IMG/VR virus record: IMGVR_UViG_3300023174_000094
Coordinates: 42,649-106,648 of that record
DNA length: 64,000 bases
Strand: one strand, 5' to 3'
From: a virus
This document shows, in pieces, positions 10,998 to 20,932 of this stretch (position 1 is the stretch's first letter; each line of letters opens with the position of its first letter). The notes beneath the pieces were generated by a model that saw nothing but the letters and a program-made list of their open reading frames with translations, had not been told where the DNA came from and did no database searches. A program made the position numbers and the translations under genes.

Positions 10998-12280
10998 TGG
11001 CAACAAGCAATTCTATATCTGAAAATGCAATTTCTTTCTATGCCTCTGGTGGTCACTCTCATGATGGCTCTACCTCTTCCTTAATCAAGACAGACTCATA
11101 TTCCATTTATGACTTTAATCCAAGTTTCGTTGGAGATAATCCAGAGAGAAGGCGGGCTCAGGTTAATAACTATAATTCCTTTAGGCAATTAGTTGTTAAT
11201 ACAATTAATTCTACTGTTCTTGAGCCAGCAGGTATTGTACTGCAAGATAATATTATTAACAGCAGAAATATAATTTCTGGCTCAATCACGGCAGTAGAAA
11301 TTGCATCAAACACAATCACTGCAGATAATATTGCGGCAAATACGATTACTTCAAATAACATTGCAGCAAATACAATTACCGCAAATAATATTGCTACAGG
11401 AGCGATCACCGCAGATGAATTATCAGCAAGTCTTGTTCTTGTTAATAATGTAATTAGAAGCAATAATTTTAACGGAACTATTGCCGCAAATAATGTAATT
11501 ACATCTCAAGGAACATCTGGATGGGCTATAACAAGTTCTGGAGATGCTGTATTCTCTAATACAGCCATTAGAGGAACAATAACCGCTGGTGCTTTATATA
11601 TTAATGCAAATAATTATTGGAATGCAAATGGTACAGTAGTCATGGGTAATGCAGCTGCTAGCAGTGGTTTTTATTTTAACCCATCTACGGGATTAGCGGT
11701 GACAGGGCAGATAACGGCTACTAGTGGAGCAATAGCTTCTTTTGATATTGTTGGCGCTAATTTATACACTGGAAATTCTTTTCTTGGATACATAAATTTA
11801 GGTCCAACAACTACGGCTCATGGCGGTGTTCCTGCAGGTGAGATTGTGGTTGCAACTAGAGACCCTGCTGATAACCATGTAGTCTCTTCATCACTAAAAG
11901 GGCAAGAGCTTAGAATTGAAGATGCTGACAATGCAGCCTACACAACAGTGGTTAATAAATATGGTTTTTACACTAATGGTGTTGTGTCATCTGATTCCGT
12001 TGAAACGGATGCTGTTATATATCCATACGGCGCAAATCAAATAGCTTTTAGATGGTCAGGAAGTGCGCTATATGCGGTGATTGATGGAGCTACGGAATAC
12101 CTGTTGAGCACTGGAGGATCAGCCCCAGCAGTTACGGCAGTTAGCCCTTCAGTTACTCCTGAAGTTAGTCCTTCTGTTTCACCAGGCGGTGGTTGCCCAA
12201 CTTGCCCTACGCATACAGAGCCATGCTGCCCACCAGCAGTCTGTGGTTATGATGAAAAGCTTGGAAATTATTGCTTGTAA
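10997..12280 (+). CDS. Tail fibre / receptor-binding protein
   Basis: HSHDG motif, ITADNIAANT-type repeats, GWAITSSGDAVF motif, Pro/Ser linker and Cys-rich C-terminus. Confidence 0.7.
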   Translation: MATSNSISENAISFYASGGHSHDGSTSSLIKTDSYSIYDFNPSFVGDNPERRRAQVNNYNSFRQLVVNTINSTVLEPAGIVLQDNIINSRNIISGSITAVEIASNTITADNIAANTITSNNIAANTITANNIATGAITADELSASLVLVNNVIRSNNFNGTIAANNVITSQGTSGWAITSSGDAVFSNTAIRGTITAGALYINANNYWNANGTVVMGNAAASSGFYFNPSTGLAVTGQITATSGAIASFDIVGANLYTGNSFLGYINLGPTTTAHGGVPAGEIVVATRDPADNHVVSSSLKGQELRIEDADNAAYTTVVNKYGFYTNGVVSSDSVETDAVIYPYGANQIAFRWSGSALYAVIDGATEYLLSTGGSAPAVTAVSPSVTPEVSPSVSPGGGCPTCPTHTEPCCPPAVCGYDEKLGNYCL

Positions 12281-12344
12281 TTTTTTGATAAAAATAGTTA
12301 TTTGCTATGATATACTGAAATAATATTGAGAACGGAGATTTGAA

Positions 12345-12869
12345 ATGAGTAGTGCAGAGCAAAATAGCGTTTGGGAGCCAAAGGTTCCAACAGAGCCAGA
12401 TAATAATTTCAATGACTGGTTAAATTGGGAGAATAGATTTGGTGAGTATGGAGAGCCAGGATATGAAAGGCTAACACTCCCAGCAAAAGTTCCAAAAGTC
12501 TTTGGTAGTGATTCACCTGTTGATCTTATTTTTACGCTTCTCCGAGATGATGATGGTTTGCTTATTGGTGTTCATGCATCATATTTTGATACTGATGGAA
12601 TCCGACATCCATTTTTAATGACAGTGCATCCTGACCACAGAAGAAAGGGAATCGCAACACAGATTGCTCTCTATCTAGAGGAAGAATTTGTTGCAAATGA
12701 AGCTCATAAGTATGGAATGTCACCTGCTGAATTTGCTGCAATGCCAAGATCTGAAATGGCAGCGCTAGTCGTGCCAGATATTTATAAAGATGTGACAGTG
12801 AATAATGCTGGCGCTGGTTTTCTTAACAAGATTGTTGACCAGTTTTACAATGTTGAAAGAGAATTTTAA
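12345..12869 (+). CDS. GNAT-family acetyltransferase-like protein
   Basis: Acetyl-CoA motif A: VHPDHRRKGIA. Confidence 0.65.
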   Translation: MSSAEQNSVWEPKVPTEPDNNFNDWLNWENRFGEYGEPGYERLTLPAKVPKVFGSDSPVDLIFTLLRDDDGLLIGVHASYFDTDGIRHPFLMTVHPDHRRKGIATQIALYLEEEFVANEAHKYGMSPAEFAAMPRSEMAALVVPDIYKDVTVNNAGAGFLNKIVDQFYNVEREF

Positions 12870-12871
12870 TT

Positions 12872-13099
12872 ATGACACCGTATCAAGAATGGAAGAAAAG
12901 TCTAGGTGAAACTCGCCCTTGGGATGTTCTTAATCCAAATACGGAGAAAGCATCTGAAGAAGAAGCAGAGAGGCGAATGTCTATATGCGAGCAGTGCCCA
13001 AGCCTGCTTAAAATTACTAATCAATGTAAAGAATGTGGTTGTGTTATGAAGTTAAAAACTAAGTTAATGAAAGCGACATGTCCACTTGATAAGTGGTAA
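12872..13099 (+). CDS. Small Cys-rich protein (CxxC...CxxCGC...CP..KW)
   Basis: Cys pattern common in freshwater phage tail-adjacent genes. Confidence 0.65.
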   Translation: MTPYQEWKKSLGETRPWDVLNPNTEKASEEEAERRMSICEQCPSLLKITNQCKECGCVMKLKTKLMKATCPLDKW

Positions 13100-13100
13100 T

Positions 13101-13700
13101 ATGCCAAAAAAATTAGCACCTGGTATTTATGTTTATAATTCTGATCAGATTTCTGGCTATCTTGATGCTATAAAAAACAGTATAACTTTATTTTTTAATG
13201 ACGGAAAACTTGTATCCCTAGATTCAGAAAATGGGCAGTATAACAGTGTTGTTGATACAGATATAAGAAAAGTAGGTGTTTTTTCTTTTTCACAATCCTA
13301 TTCATGTCATGAAGATGACCCTGTTAATATTTTTAAAAGACAAATTGAAAAAATAGGAGATGAAGTTATTAACTCCTATAGGGGAATTCATAATATGGGT
13401 GATTTATTAAAAAATCACGAGTGGCAGATCATAAAGTACGATATTGGTAGTTTTTTTAAAAATCACATTGACGATTGCGCCGCCTACAGCAGAACTGTTT
13501 CTATTCTTATGTATTTTAATGACGATTATGATGGCGGGGAAATTGAATTTCCAGAGTTTGATATTTTCTATAAGCCTCAATTGGGCGATGTTCTGGTATT
13601 CCCTTCAAGCTTTATATATAACCATAGCGTGAAGGAAGTAACCAGTGGAGTGCGATATGCAGCCGTTAACTGGTTTTCTTATGCAAAACTCAATAAATGA
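13101..13700 (+). CDS. 2OG-Fe(II) oxygenase (prolyl-4-hydroxylase-like)
   Basis: HxD (HID), YFNDDYDGGE, FPS...H.V..V..G.RY motifs. Confidence 0.85.
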   Translation: MPKKLAPGIYVYNSDQISGYLDAIKNSITLFFNDGKLVSLDSENGQYNSVVDTDIRKVGVFSFSQSYSCHEDDPVNIFKRQIEKIGDEVINSYRGIHNMGDLLKNHEWQIIKYDIGSFFKNHIDDCAAYSRTVSILMYFNDDYDGGEIEFPEFDIFYKPQLGDVLVFPSSFIYNHSVKEVTSGVRYAAVNWFSYAKLNK

Positions 13701-13714
13701 TGTATAATAGATAA

Positions 13715-14386
13715 ATGGCTTACGAAAACTACTCATTTGTATCTTGGACAGATGGAACCCCAATAACTGGAGACCGACTTGCTCAAATGTCCACAAATAT
13801 AGATCAGGTTAAAGACGCTACTGATGACAAACCGTTTGGTCTTTTAAAGTTTAAAACTGTTACATCAAGTCCTGGATCTTGGTCAGATTTTACTGATCAT
13901 GAAATTATCAAGCTCGCCGATGAATCTGGGACTGGTGGTGCTGATAACAGAGTGACTGTGGGATCTAGTCGTTTTTATAGAGTAACAATTAATTTTACTG
14001 GTTTTGTTGTTGATGCAAGAGGTGCTGAGGATTCAACATATAATTTAAAAATATGCACAGGGACTTTTGGAGGGGCAAACACAACCCTTCAGCAATACAG
14101 GTTCACTGCTCATCCATTTACATACATTGATGTATCAACCCTTGGTAACTCTGCAACAATTGCAAATCATTCATTAAAGAACAATGCTTATGATACGAGA
14201 TTTGGTGCAGGTACTCATTCAATCATCCTCCAGAGCAATTCTGCTGGATTTACAAATCAATCTTACTTTGTCAGCGTAAAGAGAGATCAAGGGGCAAGTG
14301 CATCTAACGCCCCAGCTTACTCCATTCCAGCATCCGTTGGTGGTGAATTGCAAATGTACATTGAAGATGTCGGTGGAACAGCCTAA
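13715..14386 (+). CDS. Putative virion protein
   Basis: N-terminal W.DG.PIT..RL..M motif typical of baseplate/fibre attachment; leaderless TATAAT 6 nt upstream. Confidence 0.5.
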   Translation: MAYENYSFVSWTDGTPITGDRLAQMSTNIDQVKDATDDKPFGLLKFKTVTSSPGSWSDFTDHEIIKLADESGTGGADNRVTVGSSRFYRVTINFTGFVVDARGAEDSTYNLKICTGTFGGANTTLQQYRFTAHPFTYIDVSTLGNSATIANHSLKNNAYDTRFGAGTHSIILQSNSAGFTNQSYFVSVKRDQGASASNAPAYSIPASVGGELQMYIEDVGGTA

Positions 14387-14822
14387 TCCTATTAGAGGTG
14401 GTTTGGCATCTAGGCGAGATGATATAGACTGGTCTGCAAAATTTGCTAATGGCGAGGAAAGCCCTAATTTTAGCGGTGGTAAATATATAGATGATAAGGG
14501 ATATGTTCGTGTATTAAATCCAGATCATCCTAAAAATATTCGTGGATATGTTTATGAACATAGGCTTGTGATTGAGCAGTATTTAAATAGATACCTTCAA
14601 CCTTGGGAAACTGTTCATCACATTAATGAAATTAAAATAGATAATAGGCTTTCTAATTTATTTTTATGCACACCTCAAGAGCATAGCGCTCTTCATAAAG
14701 AGGGTGTTAGGATGAAGGATGAGCAGAAGCAAAAGATGAGAAAAACTGCTCAAGAAACAAAACCTCATACAAAAAAGAAAAATGCCTCTAATAAGATTGC
14801 AATCAAAAAAAGACTCCCATAG
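14373..14822 (+). CDS. HNH homing endonuclease (HNH_3 type)
   Basis: YEHRLV.E...VHHINEIKIDNRLSNL; start uncertain. Confidence 0.85.
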   Translation: MEQPNPIRGGLASRRDDIDWSAKFANGEESPNFSGGKYIDDKGYVRVLNPDHPKNIRGYVYEHRLVIEQYLNRYLQPWETVHHINEIKIDNRLSNLFLCTPQEHSALHKEGVRMKDEQKQKMRKTAQETKPHTKKKNASNKIAIKKRLP

Positions 14823-14875
14823 ACAATTTCATTGACTATACTGTGGTATGCTAGACGGAAACCAAAGGAGTCCTA

Positions 14876-16042
14876 ATGAAAGTTTGTGCAACAGAAGGTT
14901 GTAATATAGAGTTTGAACCAAAAACGGCTAATGCTAAATATGGTGATAAATCATGTAGAAAGACCATAGATATTAATGGTCTATGTAGATATAGAAAAGA
15001 AAACGGTCTATTTGAGATAGGAGAAAATCCATTGACTGGAACAGTGCCAGAAACAGAAAGCGAATTGCGTCTTTCTTATAATAAGTTATTGCAGGAATAT
15101 AATAAGGCAAAAGAAAAGAATGTTGATCTAGCAGACGCTGTATATCGTGCGGTGCGAGAAGATATTGAGTCGGTTAAGTATGTACCAGTACCAAAGCCAA
15201 AGTTTGGGAAAGCTACTAAAGGTGAGGAAGTCGCTGTTGCTGTTATTGCAGACTGGCAGTTGGCAAAAATCACTCCAGACTACAACTCGCAGGTTTGTGA
15301 GGAAAGAATCTATAAGTATGCAGAAAAGATTATTCAACTTACTGAGATTCAAAGACAAGATCACCCAGTAAAAGAATTGCATATTTGGGCTCTTGGAGAC
15401 ATTATTGAGGGAGAGCTTATTTTCCCAGGTCAATCATTCTTGGTTGATGGTGGTCTGTACAGACAGATTACTGTTGACGGTCCAAGAATTATGAAGAACT
15501 TTATCAACATGATGCTTGAAAATTTTGAGAAGATTGTTTTTGTCGGTGTTATTGGAAATCATGGTTCAATTGGTGGTAGGGCTAGAAAAGATCATGACCC
15601 TGAGACCAATGGTGACAGAATGCTTTATCGCATTACTCAGCTCATGTTTGAGAATGAAAAAAGAATTGAATTCAGAATCCCTGATGGTCGTGGTGAAAGA
15701 CACTGGTATGCGGTTGATAAGATTGGCAATTACAAGAGTCTATTGTGTCATGGTGATCAGTTCGGTAGTCTTTCAACATTCTACGGCTTTCAGAAGAAGG
15801 CTTATGGTTGGAAGATCGGGGCTATAGAAGATGATTTTGATGATGTCTATCTAGGACACTTCCATACTCCTACAAAGATGACATTCAATACTGTTCAGAT
15901 GAGAATCTCAGGAAGCCCTGAATCAACAAACACTTATGCTGTAGAGAGACTAGCTGCTGTAGGCAGACCATCACAGCCCCTTATGTTTGTGCATCCTGAA
16001 AAGGGTATTGTTACTGCTGAATACAATTGCTGGCTGGATTAA
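14876..16042 (+). CDS. Calcineurin-like metallophosphoesterase with N-terminal Zn-ribbon and coiled coil
   Basis: ADWQ, LGDIIEG, GNHG, HGD and GHFH motifs. Confidence 0.8.
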   Translation: MKVCATEGCNIEFEPKTANAKYGDKSCRKTIDINGLCRYRKENGLFEIGENPLTGTVPETESELRLSYNKLLQEYNKAKEKNVDLADAVYRAVREDIESVKYVPVPKPKFGKATKGEEVAVAVIADWQLAKITPDYNSQVCEERIYKYAEKIIQLTEIQRQDHPVKELHIWALGDIIEGELIFPGQSFLVDGGLYRQITVDGPRIMKNFINMMLENFEKIVFVGVIGNHGSIGGRARKDHDPETNGDRMLYRITQLMFENEKRIEFRIPDGRGERHWYAVDKIGNYKSLLCHGDQFGSLSTFYGFQKKAYGWKIGAIEDDFDDVYLGHFHTPTKMTFNTVQMRISGSPESTNTYAVERLAAVGRPSQPLMFVHPEKGIVTAEYNCWLD

Positions 16043-16043
16043 T

Positions 16044-16262
16044 ATGGTTAAAGCAACTGGTCTATATTGTCAACCTTGTGGTTCAAGGCTGTTTGTTGGT
16101 CAACAATATTATGCATTTCAAAAAAATTATATTGATGTAACCTGTACCAAGTGTGCTCATTCAATTGATGTAGAGGTAAGAAAGCTTAACAAAATTCTAG
16201 ATTATCTTGGCTTTAAAACGATCAAGGAGCGACATGATCTCAGCGAAACCAACAACAAATAA
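16044..16262 (+). CDS. Small zinc-ribbon protein
   Basis: CxxC...CxxC; coupled to neighbours. Confidence 0.6.
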   Translation: MVKATGLYCQPCGSRLFVGQQYYAFQKNYIDVTCTKCAHSIDVEVRKLNKILDYLGFKTIKERHDLSETNNK

Positions 16263-16668
16263 ATTTTATAAATATGCAGGTAATATTGTCAAGATCAAGA
16301 AAATCTCAAGAAACAAGAATAAGATTTATTTAGAAAACCTTATTGATAAGGAAACAATCGTTATTCCGTATGAGCAATCTGAAATTCTGATTACAAGGCT
16401 ATACACTGTCGGTGAGGTAGCAAAAATTGTTGAGAGAAGACCAGATACTTTGAGGAAGTATGAAAGAAGAAATCTTATTCCTTCTGCAGAAAAATTTGGT
16501 GAAAAGTACATAGGTTATTCAAATTGGCGCTATTATGATCAAAGTGCAGTTTATGAAATGGTTGAGTTCTTTAACCAAAGAGTTCAAGGTCGCCCTGTTA
16601 CTAAAAAAGGTAATACGGTAGAAAATAAAATACACACATTAGAGCAAAAAGTAAAACTTCATAAGTGA
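16234..16668 (+). CDS. MerR-like HTH DNA-binding protein
   Basis: YTVGEVAKIV...TLRKYERRNLIP...WRYY; AAGGAG RBS. Confidence 0.8.
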   Translation: MISAKPTTNKFYKYAGNIVKIKKISRNKNKIYLENLIDKETIVIPYEQSEILITRLYTVGEVAKIVERRPDTLRKYERRNLIPSAEKFGEKYIGYSNWRYYDQSAVYEMVEFFNQRVQGRPVTKKGNTVENKIHTLEQKVKLHK

Positions 16669-16675
16669 GGATGAT

Positions 16676-16885
16676 ATGAGTGAAAATATTAAAGGTACAG
16701 AAATTTGGGCATCGCTTGGAATTACCAAGAATCTTGGCAATTATGAGTCGCTAAGGCTTGATGCTGGTGCAAGGACTCAGGCTAAAGATCCTGATGATCC
16801 TGAAGCCTGGGCAAAGGTTTGGGAATCAATTGATGCTCAAATTGAAGCCAAGCTTCAAGAGCTAGATAATGAAAGCCCAAAGTGA
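16676..16885 (+). CDS. Hypothetical phage protein
   Basis: TKNLGNYESLRLD motif; GAGG RBS. Confidence 0.65.
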   Translation: MSENIKGTEIWASLGITKNLGNYESLRLDAGARTQAKDPDDPEAWAKVWESIDAQIEAKLQELDNESPK

Positions 16886-17168
16886 TTGGCTAAACGAAGC
16901 TGTCTGTGCAAATGATGAACGACCAACAGCTTGGCTATCGTATGACATTAGCGATATACAATACGCCAAGCTTGGTTGTTCTAAATGCACTGTGAGAAAG
17001 CAATGCATTCTTAATGCATTTCGTAATGACCCATATGTAGGTGTAAACGCAGGGATATCCGAGTATGACTTTTTAATGCTTACTTGGAAGGAGGCTACAA
17101 AAGTAAATGGAAGTAACTGGAGCAGAGCTGATAAAGTTCTTCAAGGAATCGTGCGACAAGTCAAATAA
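16869..17168 (+). CDS. whiB: WhiB-family transcription factor (divergent)
   Basis: W...A.C, AK..C..C.V...C, GVNAG in place of GVWGG. Confidence 0.65.
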   Translation: MKAQSDWLNEAVCANDERPTAWLSYDISDIQYAKLGCSKCTVRKQCILNAFRNDPYVGVNAGISEYDFLMLTWKEATKVNGSNWSRADKVLQGIVRQVK

Positions 17169-17412
17169 ATTATTTATTCCAGACTCTCCTCGCCAAGAGC
17201 AAGTAGCTGACGCTCTTGCTGGATTCTATAAGAAAGATGATTTATTCGGTGCAGTATCGGTTTATGTAAAAGCAAAGACTGGACCATTTTTAATATTTGA
17301 TTTCGCTGTGGAATCTAAATCATTTGTTGATAAGGTAAAGTTTGATAAAAAAGCCGAGAACAGTTTTAAAAATATTGTAGAAGAAACAAGGAAGAGAATG
17401 GTCTCTGAATGA
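17107..17412 (+). CDS. Hypothetical protein
   Basis: GGAGG RBS; stop overlaps the helicase start. Confidence 0.6.
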   Translation: MEVTGAELIKFFKESCDKSNKLFIPDSPRQEQVADALAGFYKKDDLFGAVSVYVKAKTGPFLIFDFAVESKSFVDKVKFDKKAENSFKNIVEETRKRMVSE

Positions 17413-18626
17413 ATTATGAAACAAGGTTGTTGAATGCAATTGTTGATAGCAATGGTTATGTTGAAGCTGTCAATCAAGGTGTGGAAAATGTATTTGTAGA
17501 AAACAAAGACATTTGGAATTTTATTGTTGGGCATTATGACGAACATAAGAAAGTTCCGTCAAAAGAGACTGTTAAGCATCACTACCCCGACTTTGATTTT
17601 GTTCTGACTCCAGAGCCAATTAAGTATTACATTGATGAAGCAAAGCGTGAATCGCTCTCTTATCAAACGAGAACGATTGTTGCCAGAGCGCATGCAATTC
17701 TAGGCGAGCTTGGTCCTAAAGATTCTCTTTCATATCTTATGGAAGAAACATCTCGTCTTTATAAATTCTCAAGCAGTCTGAAAGATACAGACCTCGCTGG
17801 TGAATGGAGAGATCGTGCATCAAATCTTAAAGAACGATCCACTAGAGATAACAATGAACTTCAAGGTCTACCTAGCGGAATCAATGTTATTGACAAGACA
17901 TTTGGCGGTTGGCAACCTGGCGACTTTATTGTTCTTCTTGGATGGACAGGAGTCGGTAAATCATTTATTGCAAGATTGTTTGCAGTAAATGCTTGGAAGG
18001 CTGGATACAGACCTCTAATCATTTCTCTTGAGATGAATAAGATGCAAGAGGGGCAGAGACTTGATACTTTGCTTAACAATGGTGAGGGTAACTTTACCAA
18101 CACCGATCTTGTAAGAGCAAACCCTCTTGTTGTTGATAAGTATGAGAAGTGGGCGGAAGCTACATTTGAAGGCAAGCATGCAATCCATCTCGTAACATCA
18201 GAGGGTCTTGAGACAGCAGATCAAAACATGGTTCAGGCAAAGATTGACCAATACCATCCTGACTTGGTAATTCTTGATTATCACGGTTTGTTTGATGATG
18301 CCAGCGGTGCAAAGACCGAGACTGAGAAAGCAAAGAACCTATCTAAAGCTTTTAAGCGCATGGCGGTTAAGAATAATGTGCCGATCATAGATGTTGCTGC
18401 AGTAACAATGTCTGAGGGGCACTCAGAGAGACCACCAGAGCTAGAAGAAGTAGCGTGGAGTAAGCAGTTGGCTTATGACGCTGACTTAGTTCTTGCAATC
18501 CATAGAGAACCATCCTCGGATGTTTTCCAGGTTGTTTCAAGAAAGGTTAGACGAGCCCATCACTTTGGTTTCTATCTTAGATGGAATCTAGAAACTGGTA
18601 AGTGGGCAGAGGAGTGGGATATCTAA
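17409..18626 (+). CDS. dnaB: DnaB-like replicative helicase
   Basis: Walker A GWTGVGKS, SLEM, ILDY and YDAD motifs. Confidence 0.92.
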   Translation: MNYETRLLNAIVDSNGYVEAVNQGVENVFVENKDIWNFIVGHYDEHKKVPSKETVKHHYPDFDFVLTPEPIKYYIDEAKRESLSYQTRTIVARAHAILGELGPKDSLSYLMEETSRLYKFSSSLKDTDLAGEWRDRASNLKERSTRDNNELQGLPSGINVIDKTFGGWQPGDFIVLLGWTGVGKSFIARLFAVNAWKAGYRPLIISLEMNKMQEGQRLDTLLNNGEGNFTNTDLVRANPLVVDKYEKWAEATFEGKHAIHLVTSEGLETADQNMVQAKIDQYHPDLVILDYHGLFDDASGAKTETEKAKNLSKAFKRMAVKNNVPIIDVAAVTMSEGHSERPPELEEVAWSKQLAYDADLVLAIHREPSSDVFQVVSRKVRRAHHFGFYLRWNLETGKWAEEWDI

Positions 18627-18808
18627 TGGATAGTCCTGCATTAACTGGAACTGCAAAAGATATAGAAACTATTGCGAAGCTTAGACCCTGGATGGAAGAT
18701 GAGGCAAGGTTAAAGTATGGCTACACAGGGAAGACCAAGTTATTCACGGACTACGACAAGCAGTCTGACACATTCTCGTTTTCAATTGTTTTCCAAGATG
18801 AATTTTGA
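18626..18808 (+). CDS. Hypothetical protein
   Basis: Fills the helicase-primase gap with translational coupling. Confidence 0.55.
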   Translation: MDSPALTGTAKDIETIAKLRPWMEDEARLKYGYTGKTKLFTDYDKQSDTFSFSIVFQDEF

Positions 18809-19697
18809 AAATGAAGTAAAGGATTTATTCAATAAGTTTGGTATCCATACTCATGGTGAGTCTGGCAATGAGTTAACCATTTATTGCCCATTCCATAAGA
18901 ATAAAAACACGCCTTCTTTTTATATCAACAAGAAAACTGGGTTATGGCAATGCTTTAATCCATCGTGCGGTAAGAAAGGTAACTTCAGACAGCTCTTTCG
19001 TCAAGTTACTGGTAAGCCCTACGGTAGAGATACTGCACTTGACCCAGTAGCATTAAAGAATCAATTAGAGCAAGCTTTAAAGCCAGTCATAACTCCAGAA
19101 GAGATTACTATTGATGGTTTAATGATTGATTACGATTCTGATTTGGCTAAGGAAAAGCTTATGCCATTTCTTGAGCGTGGTTTGTCTATGGATACATTAA
19201 GGCATTTTGAAGTTGGTTTCTCTGAGGCTAAGAATAGAATTGTTATTCCAGTAAGAAATGCTCAATACAAAGTGATTGGTCTTATTGGAAGAGCAATAAG
19301 TTCAGAGCAGGAACCTCGTTATCTTTATAACTCGGGTTTTAAACGAGCTACAATATTATTCAATATTCAGAATGCAAAAAACTACAGTGAAGTTATTATT
19401 GTAGAGGGAAGTGTTGATGCGATGAAGGTGCATGAGGCAGGATTCCCTAATGTCGTAGCAACTCTTGGAGCGCAAGTTTCACCACAACAAGTAACAATGT
19501 TGAAGAAATATTTTGACAGAATTGTTATATTTTCTGACAATGATGACGCTGGTAAAGCAATGAGGGATGCTATACTGGATACCTGCTGTGGTAAAGAGAT
19601 TTGGATTGCCGATATTGCCGATGGATTGAAAGATCCAGGGGAGATGGATGCAAACCAAATTAATAACAGTATAATTAACAAACACATAACAATATAG
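18798..19697 (+). CDS. dnaG: DNA primase (CHC2 zinc finger + Toprim)
   Basis: CPFH...CF..C zinc finger; VEG.VD, D.D.AG and KDPGE Toprim motifs. Confidence 0.9.
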   Translation: MNFENEVKDLFNKFGIHTHGESGNELTIYCPFHKNKNTPSFYINKKTGLWQCFNPSCGKKGNFRQLFRQVTGKPYGRDTALDPVALKNQLEQALKPVITPEEITIDGLMIDYDSDLAKEKLMPFLERGLSMDTLRHFEVGFSEAKNRIVIPVRNAQYKVIGLIGRAISSEQEPRYLYNSGFKRATILFNIQNAKNYSEVIIVEGSVDAMKVHEAGFPNVVATLGAQVSPQQVTMLKKYFDRIVIFSDNDDAGKAMRDAILDTCCGKEIWIADIADGLKDPGEMDANQINNSIINKHITI

Positions 19698-19705
19698 GAG
19701 ACAAT

Positions 19706-20353
19706 ATGTCATTTCAATCACTTAAAACCCTAAAAGACCTTGAGAGTGCAGTAGCACCAACTCAAGGCGCTAAATCAGGAGTAAAGAAATACTTTACTCT
19801 TCAGTCAGGCGATTCGTTCAGGATTCGCTTTCGTCAAGAGCTCACAGAGGATGCTTCAAACTTCACAGAAGAAGTCGGAACTGGTATTACAGTTCCAGTT
19901 GTAACTTCACCAATCAACTGGAAGTGGAGAGTTGCATCTACCGCTTCATTTGAGAAGTACAACTATCGTTGCTGGGCTAGTGAACAGTCAGTAAAGGATA
20001 AGGCATGGAGAGCCAAGCCTCACTTGCTTATCAATATCGCAGTTGAAATTGAGCCAGGAGTATGGGAACCTCGTATCCTTGACACCACTTTTAATCAACG
20101 CCATGTTGGTCTTACACTGATTGAATACGCTAAGGAATTCGGTACCATTATGGACCGAGAGTATAAGTATTCCCGAACTGGTTCATCAGCATCGGATACA
20201 AACTACAGCCTTATTCCGCTGAGCGTATCAGAAGTGCCAAAGGGCGTTGCAGACATGCCAATGCATGAATTGGAAAATGTCTACATGACACTTCCATATG
20301 AGAAGCAACAAATCTTCTTGACAACTGGTGAGTTGGGCAAGGATACTTGGTAA
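19706..20353 (+). CDS. Single-stranded DNA-binding protein (gp32-like)
   Basis: Position after the primase, RTG....DTNYSL motif, strong RBS and terminator. Confidence 0.6.
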   Translation: MSFQSLKTLKDLESAVAPTQGAKSGVKKYFTLQSGDSFRIRFRQELTEDASNFTEEVGTGITVPVVTSPINWKWRVASTASFEKYNYRCWASEQSVKDKAWRAKPHLLINIAVEIEPGVWEPRILDTTFNQRHVGLTLIEYAKEFGTIMDREYKYSRTGSSASDTNYSLIPLSVSEVPKGVADMPMHELENVYMTLPYEKQQIFLTTGELGKDTW

Positions 20354-20365
20354 AAATTGTAAATT

Positions 20366-20390
20366 GGGGAGGGGGAAACCCCTCCCCTTT
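20366..20390 (+). terminator. Intrinsic terminator
   Basis: GGGGAGGGG-GAAA-CCCCTCCCC-TTT. Confidence 0.75.
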
Positions 20391-20404
20391 GACAAAGGAT
20401 TTTT

Positions 20405-20932
20405 GTGAAGCGTAAAACTATCGCTCTTGACCTTGATGGCGTAATTGCCGACATTGATACTGCAATTACAGATTATTTGTGGTACACATTTGGTGTAGAC
20501 AATGAAGACTATAGTAGCTGGTTAATTAGCGATACAAAAGATGAAAACGCTCTAAAGTTATTTTCAGATAAACTATTCTGGAAAAATATGAAACCATTTG
20601 AAGACGCATGGTATCAAGTTAATAAATGGTTTTCCGATGATGTTGATATTCACATTGTAACTGCAAGGCGGTCAGAAGCTTCAGTAAGCATGACAGAGCC
20701 CTGGCTTGATGGATGGGGTATTAATACATTAATACCTACATTTGCCAAAATAAACGAGAAGCATGAAGTTATATCTAAGATAGATCCCATCTTTGCTGTT
20801 GAAGATAACCCTTACGAAGTTATCTCGCTAAGAGATCATGGGATTAACTGTTACCTCAGAAAAGCATGGTACAATAAGCCATTCTGGAATGAAGTACCTT
20901 GTATTGAAACACTCTACGATTTGGAGATTTAA
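20405..20932 (+). CDS. HAD-family 5'(3')-deoxyribonucleotidase-like protein
   Basis: DLDGVIAD, VTAR and VEDN motifs. Confidence 0.8.
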   Translation: MKRKTIALDLDGVIADIDTAITDYLWYTFGVDNEDYSSWLISDTKDENALKLFSDKLFWKNMKPFEDAWYQVNKWFSDDVDIHIVTARRSEASVSMTEPWLDGWGINTLIPTFAKINEKHEVISKIDPIFAVEDNPYEVISLRDHGINCYLRKAWYNKPFWNEVPCIETLYDLEI

